Translations under genes and position numbers: made by a program
Virus record (IMG/VR): IMGVR_UViG_3300029812_000326
Location: 32,001-96,000 of that record
Source of the DNA: a virus
Direction: 5' to 3' (one strand)
DNA: 64,000 nucleotides
Notes under the pieces: generated by a model
The model's database searches: none
What the model saw: only the letters and a program-made list of their open reading frames with translations
What the model was told of the DNA's origin: nothing
Part shown: positions 58,781 through 64,000 of the stretch, piece after piece
Numbering within the stretch: the first letter of the stretch is position 1
Layout of the letters: each line of letters opens with the position of its first letter

Positions 58781-61089
58781 TCTTCGTGTGCTTTTTTATA
58801 GATCTCTGAATATTTCCGTCCTAAAATTTTCCAAGATCTAGTTTTTTGATATTCTTTAACTTTATCCAATTCTTTATTGTAAATTTGTTGGTTTTCGTAT
58901 AATTTTGTTATCTCTTCTGCCAAAGCTATAGAATTAAAATTACCATGAGGGAAATTCTTAACATCATAAAATGCTGGTGAACTGCTTGTTATTATTGGAG
59001 TTCCTGCGCCCAGACATGTGCATGCTGCGCCAGAAACTCCTTGACATTTCATAATGGCATACATAAATAAACCAATATGAGATCTGGCACATAATTCTGA
59101 TACTTCTTGATCAGATAGGAAATTTTCGATAAGTTTTACATTTGTATTCTTTGACATTGATCTTATATGTTCCAAATATTTTTGTTGCGTTCCCGATTTA
59201 TCTCCTGGATGAACTGAAGTTTGAAGAATAATTTCATGTGGGAATTTTAAATATTTATCGCAATCAACGACCAATTCAAATCCTTTTGATGGATGAGCAA
59301 ATCCTGAGCTAATGATTGTGAACTTGGAAAATCTTTCTTTGTCAGATTTATATGAATCGCAACCATGTGGGATCACCATCACCTTCTTTCTAAATGAAGG
59401 CCATTGTTCTAATATATCGGCAAAGAATTGATTATGCACAATTGGAATAGAGTGTTTAGACCATTCTATTATCTCTTCAAAATATTGGATATTTTGGCTG
59501 TCAGTTGAAGTTGGACATGTGTGATGAGTAATAAAAATCGGTATTCCCATATCGTGCATTGCAGATATAAATGCTCTAAATCTAGGTTTATTCGCCCAAT
59601 ATAATGCCCATTCATTCTGGATGTGAATTACATTGATTCCTTCTTTTCGAATTATTTCATACGTATTTATAAGTTCGCTGGGATTTTTGGACCAACATGG
59701 AATGGCTTTAAGTGTACTCTGTTCTTTTGGATCCATTGTATCAGCCGCTAATATGATAGGATTAGGTTCGACGTGTTGATATGAATTTCTACTATAGCGT
59801 GCGATTCCACATCGCTCATTCCATGTTGTCATCACTCCGACCTTAAGTTCTTCAGGAACTTTGTATTTGGGGAATTTTTTCTTTTCAAGAATCATAGGAG
59901 AAACAAAGGCAGTATTTTTCGAAGTATCAATTTGTTCTAAAAATTCATCCCAACGTTCATATTGTTTTTCCCAAGTATGATTTTTGGCGAATTCAATTCC
60001 ACTCTTTGAATACTGGTTTCTCAATTTTTCATTTTTGTATAATTTATATAATTTTTTCGCAGCATATTGGACATCGGGTATTTGCATCAATTGTCCTGTT
60101 ATTATCTCGGGATACTTCGCTTTAACCTTGACAGGTTCACCAAATTGATATGCATATTCTTTAAACGAATTAGCATTTGTAAATACCATTGGCACACCAC
60201 ATGCTGCACTTTCTAAAGCAGTGATACCGAATCCTTCTCGTGAAGACAGCAAAATTTGAACGTCGGCAGCATTATAGATTAAATTTACCTGTTCGGGCGT
60301 AATACCATGACCAACTTTAAGATTTGATAATACAGCTTTATCGTTTAAATCATATCGATTAACAAATTCTTTCAAATCATATCCGCGAGCTTCGTGGAAA
60401 TTACAATGAAAATATATTTTTGAGTTTGGAATATTTGCCAATTTGAATGCTTCCATTGCTCCACATGGGTTTTTTCTCATCCCATTTCGACTGATAAATA
60501 ACACAACAAATGCATTTTCGTCACCAACCAATTGTTTTTTGAGTTGTTTCTTCGTTATTTCGCCCAATGGCTTAAATATATCTGGTTCATATCCCGGATA
60601 GATTACGGTTTTCACCAGATCATGACCACAAAGTTTTCGAATTTCGTCTTTACAGAATTTTGTTTGACCAACAACGTGATTGAATTCTTCCATTGTTCGA
60701 ATCCAATCAATAGTTTCGAATGGGGTTCGCATTATTTTGGGAGATCCTTCACTATCTATTGGACTATACCATATTGATTGAAATGAATTTCTCCCTTTGA
60801 ATTTTGAAATATAATAAACCATCCAAAGATCTCCAGTTGTCCACACAATATCAGGTCTGAATTCTTCAATCACTTTTGGAAACAGTTTAAGACCCCATTT
60901 ATCTCTTTGATCGGTGGCATTATAAACCTTAAATGGCATTTTTTCCATGTCTCCTCGGGCCCACCAACCCATGTATTGAATCTCATGTCCTTGTTCATGC
61001 CAATGAGTAGCTAGATGTCGTCCAATGGTACCATATCCACTGGTGAGCTGTGGTGCGTCTGTTATCATTAAAATTTTATGTTTTTTCAT
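58750..61089 (-). CDS. Tandem two-domain GT4-like glycosyltransferase
   Basis: Domain 1: TSGYG, RKN, EGFGITALESAACGVP. Domain 2: VGVMTTWNERCGIARYS, SKG, SGA...GTPIITS. Confidence 0.88.
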   Translation of the reverse strand: MKKHKILMITDAPQLTSGYGTIGRHLATHWHEQGHEIQYMGWWARGDMEKMPFKVYNATDQRDKWGLKLFPKVIEEFRPDIVWTTGDLWMVYYISKFKGRNSFQSIWYSPIDSEGSPKIMRTPFETIDWIRTMEEFNHVVGQTKFCKDEIRKLCGHDLVKTVIYPGYEPDIFKPLGEITKKQLKKQLVGDENAFVVLFISRNGMRKNPCGAMEAFKLANIPNSKIYFHCNFHEARGYDLKEFVNRYDLNDKAVLSNLKVGHGITPEQVNLIYNAADVQILLSSREGFGITALESAACGVPMVFTNANSFKEYAYQFGEPVKVKAKYPEIITGQLMQIPDVQYAAKKLYKLYKNEKLRNQYSKSGIEFAKNHTWEKQYERWDEFLEQIDTSKNTAFVSPMILEKKKFPKYKVPEELKVGVMTTWNERCGIARYSRNSYQHVEPNPIILAADTMDPKEQSTLKAIPCWSKNPSELINTYEIIRKEGINVIHIQNEWALYWANKPRFRAFISAMHDMGIPIFITHHTCPTSTDSQNIQYFEEIIEWSKHSIPIVHNQFFADILEQWPSFRKKVMVIPHGCDSYKSDKERFSKFTIISSGFAHPSKGFELVVDCDKYLKFPHEIILQTSVHPGDKSGTQQKYLEHIRSMSKNTNVKLIENFLSDQEVSELCARSHIGLFMYAIMKCQGVSGAACTCLGAGTPIITSSSPAFYDVKNFPHGNFNSIALAEEITKLYENQQIYNKELDKVKEYQKTRSWKILGRKYSEIYKKAHEECVKKRASQS

Positions 61090-61098
61090 GAAATTCCC

Positions 61099-61383
61099 CT
61101 ATTTGTACAAACGCTTTTTAATTGATAACTTAAATTTACTAAACCAGGTTAATTTTTTCAATTTGAAAAATTTTATATCTTTTGTTACAATAACTACTGG
61201 GCGATTCATAACTCCGGATAATTGGGATCCCAAATCAGTTGTTTCATTATCGATATCATTAGTATTCATTTGCACTATAAGCACATCATTGATATCATTT
61301 AATTCTGACAGATCATACACTTTATATTTTCCTTTAGCCGAGAAAATCTCAATTGGGTTTAATTTAAGCATTACTTCTCGCAT
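61099..61383 (-). CDS. Hypothetical protein
   Basis: 94-aa ORF overlapping neighbours. Confidence 0.45.
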   Translation of the reverse strand: MREVMLKLNPIEIFSAKGKYKVYDLSELNDINDVLIVQMNTNDIDNETTDLGSQLSGVMNRPVVIVTKDIKFFKLKKLTWFSKFKLSIKKRLYK

Positions 61384-61562
61384 ATGCCACCTTTAAGCTT
61401 TTTTATAGCATAAATGAAGTGCCGGCGAACCCATTCTCCACTCCATCCTATTTTTTTACCAACACTATCAAAAGATGATTTATTTGTTATTTTGTCCCAT
61501 AATATAATTAAGCACGGCAATGGGATCTTATTTAATATTTTTGCAAAGATCAAATGATTCAT
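61371..61562 (-). CDS. Small sigma-region-4-like HTH protein
   Basis: SFDSVGKKIGWSGEWVRRH...AIKKLK. Confidence 0.55.
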   Translation of the reverse strand: MNHLIFAKILNKIPLPCLIILWDKITNKSSFDSVGKKIGWSGEWVRRHFIYAIKKLKGGICEK

Positions 61563-61680
61563 GCTGATCTAGGTCTTTCCTTCTTTTTTCTTTTCCATTT
61601 TCCAGGATTTCGAACACTTTATTTCCGCGGAGAATAAATTTGACTTTCCCAGATTTGTCTTTAATTTTTATTAGATCCAT
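61528..61680 (-). CDS. Unlisted 50-aa ORF (MDLIKIKDKSGKVKFILRGNKVFEI...)
   Basis: Fills the gap between 61661 and 61562 ORFs and overlaps both. Confidence 0.45.
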   Translation of the reverse strand: MDLIKIKDKSGKVKFILRGNKVFEILENGKEKRRKDLDQHESFDLCKNIK

Positions 61681-62533
61681 GTCTATTTATTATATTGAAA
61701 AATGTTTGTTTTGAACACTTCCATTTTTCCAAAATATCTATTACACGAATGGTGGCATATTCTTTACAAATTTGTTTCTCTTCTTCATAAGTAAACTTTT
61801 GCCTGCGCCATTTTATATGACAATGTTTATTGAATGGACACCAATTAAAGCACCGATGATGTTTTGTTTTCTGCAGAATGGAATCTGAATTTTGTATGAA
61901 TTTGCCATATTTATGTACATAGCTTGCGAATGCTTTGTGACTAGGTTCCCCATAATATTCTCGCTGGAAAATCATATTTTTAAACGAATAAACCATATAT
62001 GTTATCATTGGTACATCATATAATGATTTGTAATACTGATTCAATGCCAATGGTGCAAATTGGGCAAATCTTCTTTCAATTTTGGAACTGTCAGGAAATG
62101 GAAAGCATTTGATAAATATCAATGATCTATCCGATCTCACAAATATTAAATCTGTCCAAATCTCTACAGTTGCATCATTCAATTTTTCAAGAGTAATTTT
62201 TACCGATGGACCAACTTCATAATCATCATTGTGCCCGTCGGCAAATTTAGAAATAATATTATATAAGGTCATAGCCATGACATCTGCATATTTTTTATAT
62301 CCTGTTGGAAGATTCGGAATTTTGGTTATGTTTAATCCGGCAATGAATTCATATATTCTGTTTTTTTCCACTGCAATATTTGATAGAAAGAGTGGTTCAG
62401 CTTGTTTCAAATATTTCCATAGATCTTCTTGTATTATCTTTTTTATATTTAATTCTGGATTCTCGTTGGCAAATATAAAATAATTTGGGCAGTACATAAA
62501 ATTTCGGAGATCCCATTCATCATGTAATTGCAT
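61661..62533 (-). CDS. Cas4/PD-(D/E)xK-like protein (possibly catalytically degenerate) with C-terminal HTH
   Basis: FMYCP...CFNWCPFNKHC four-Cys pattern; TDLIF...IFIK; GGAGG SD. Confidence 0.55.
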   Translation of the reverse strand: MQLHDEWDLRNFMYCPNYFIFANENPELNIKKIIQEDLWKYLKQAEPLFLSNIAVEKNRIYEFIAGLNITKIPNLPTGYKKYADVMAMTLYNIISKFADGHNDDYEVGPSVKITLEKLNDATVEIWTDLIFVRSDRSLIFIKCFPFPDSSKIERRFAQFAPLALNQYYKSLYDVPMITYMVYSFKNMIFQREYYGEPSHKAFASYVHKYGKFIQNSDSILQKTKHHRCFNWCPFNKHCHIKWRRQKFTYEEEKQICKEYATIRVIDILEKWKCSKQTFFNIINRHGSNKN

Positions 62534-62568
62534 TTGTTCCTCCGATGTAAATTTTATTTGCTCCCAAT

Positions 62569-64000
62569 TTAAAACGATTCATGCCGCTTTTCCCTATTTT
62601 TGAATCCTCCAATATTTGGACCGCTAATTGACTGGTATTGTGATTCTTCATCTTCTTGCAGTTCATAAAATTGTCCCATATAGTCTCTGAATTTGAAATA
62701 AATATTGCCTTTATAATCTGTCTCTTTGTTCTTTGCTATTATCAATTTTAGAATTGGGCGTTTTTTCGATATGCCAGATAATATATCTCGTGAAGATTCC
62801 GCTGGATCATCCCAAGTCCATTTACTATCTTTATTCAAATGAAGATCATTATGCATTAACCAAACATAATCAGTATCATATGAGATTTGAACTGTATCTT
62901 TTAAATCCAAAATTGTTGGCTCGTCATATATGGATTGGGATTTTCTCAATTCCACCGTCATAAATAGTGGCACGTCGTATTTGATTGCTATATATTTTAA
63001 TCTTTCCGAACATATAGTGTTCTTGATTCTCGGATCATGACTCAGATAATCGGTTAATTTATGAAAATTATCCAAAATAACTATTATCTTTTTGCCCGGA
63101 TAATTAGTCTGGCTCTGCCTAATATAGTGTTCAAGATGATCTGTTGTCGTTCCGTCTACAGCATCGAAAACTATGAATCTATGTCGCATTTCCCGTATTA
63201 GATCCCAACCGTAGCTCCATCTATACATTTCCTGTTCATTTAAACGTCGCGGCTTTCGAACTTTTGCCAATGGTAAATCTTGTGTAACGCTTATAATCCC
63301 CTGAAGAATTTTGCTTTTACTATCATCTATAGACATAAAGATTATTCTTACATCTGGATTGGCAATTGCAACATTAAACATCAAATAACGAAGGAAGCTG
63401 GTCTTGCCAGCGCCAGGACTGGCCCCAATTGATATAAGGGATCCATATGTCGGTAATCCATCCAGAACTCTATGTAGCTTAGGAAATATATCAACATTTT
63501 GTTTTGCTGGATTAATAGTGGTACCAAATTTGAAGCCAAGCTCCGTTGGCTGGGTCAATAATTTTTCTTTCAAAAGAACTATATTCTGCTCGTAATTTAG
63601 CAATGGGTCTCTCTTCGCATGAAATGAGATTTCAATCTCTTCGATTTTATTCAAAGAATCAGCTATTACCAGCTTTGCGTTCTCTCCCTTTTGAATTCTG
63701 TTTCTCATTCCATCTACTACATAATTTATTTTGACGGATTTGGCAGAGTCCTTAAGTAATTTCCTCCGATCAATTTCATTCATTATAACTTGCAATGGTA
63801 TATCGACTTTTCCCGACAAGATCTTAGCGAAAAGATATTGATGAACATTATCAACATCTGAAACTATTTTATCTACCATCGCATCCATGAACTTTGTTTT
63901 GTCTTCGATATCTGAATGATCTAATACCCATTCAAATGCTGTGAATTGTTTCAATTTCAGAAAATTTTCCAAATTATATTGTCGAATATATTCATCGCCA
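62569..64000 (-). CDS. DnaB-like replicative helicase, probably C-terminal part of a primase-helicase fusion (5' end outside window)
   Basis: GASPGAGKTS, ILDNFH, VELRK, DLKDT..I.YD.D, IAKNK; frame open to window edge with DEYIRQYNLENF (TOPRIM-end-like). Confidence 0.85.
   Translation of the reverse strand, partial: GDEYIRQYNLENFLKLKQFTAFEWVLDHSDIEDKTKFMDAMVDKIVSDVDNVHQYLFAKILSGKVDIPLQVIMNEIDRRKLLKDSAKSVKINYVVDGMRNRIQKGENAKLVIADSLNKIEEIEISFHAKRDPLLNYEQNIVLLKEKLLTQPTELGFKFGTTINPAKQNVDIFPKLHRVLDGLPTYGSLISIGASPGAGKTSFLRYLMFNVAIANPDVRIIFMSIDDSKSKILQGIISVTQDLPLAKVRKPRRLNEQEMYRWSYGWDLIREMRHRFIVFDAVDGTTTDHLEHYIRQSQTNYPGKKIIVILDNFHKLTDYLSHDPRIKNTICSERLKYIAIKYDVPLFMTVELRKSQSIYDEPTILDLKDTVQISYDTDYVWLMHNDLHLNKDSKWTWDDPAESSRDILSGISKKRPILKLIIAKNKETDYKGNIYFKFRDYMGQFYELQEDEESQYQSISGPNIGGFKNREKRHESF

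Noticed and set aside
1-64000. tRNA, rRNA or other structured ncRNA genes
   Set aside because: Almost no non-coding space and no cloverleaf or T-loop signature recognised

Overview
AT-rich segment of a large contractile-tailed (myovirus-like, probably jumbo) phage genome. A virion M15 peptidase domain points to a peptidoglycan-containing bacterial host. 1-57224 (+) is one tightly packed virion operon. It opens with a giant, 5'-truncated putative ejection/tape-measure-type protein interrupted by four LAGLIDADG inteins. Next is a 2015-aa protein with motifs of a single-chain two-barrel RNA polymerase (K..KG, RxP, DYDGD) fused to an apparently intact DEDDh 3'-5' exonuclease. These are followed by an M15-peptidase/baseplate hub, gp25-like and J-like baseplate genes, several paralogous wedge/fibre/tailspike families, a LamG lectin and RNase HII. 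The operon is riddled with freestanding HNH endonucleases and their decayed remnants at gene junctions. Several structural genes occur in pieces, including a collagen fibre split twice at the same position of its repeat. 57380-64000 (-) encodes glycosyltransferases, a Cas4-like protein and a (primase-)DnaB helicase. All calls rest on motif reading only; no database searches were run.
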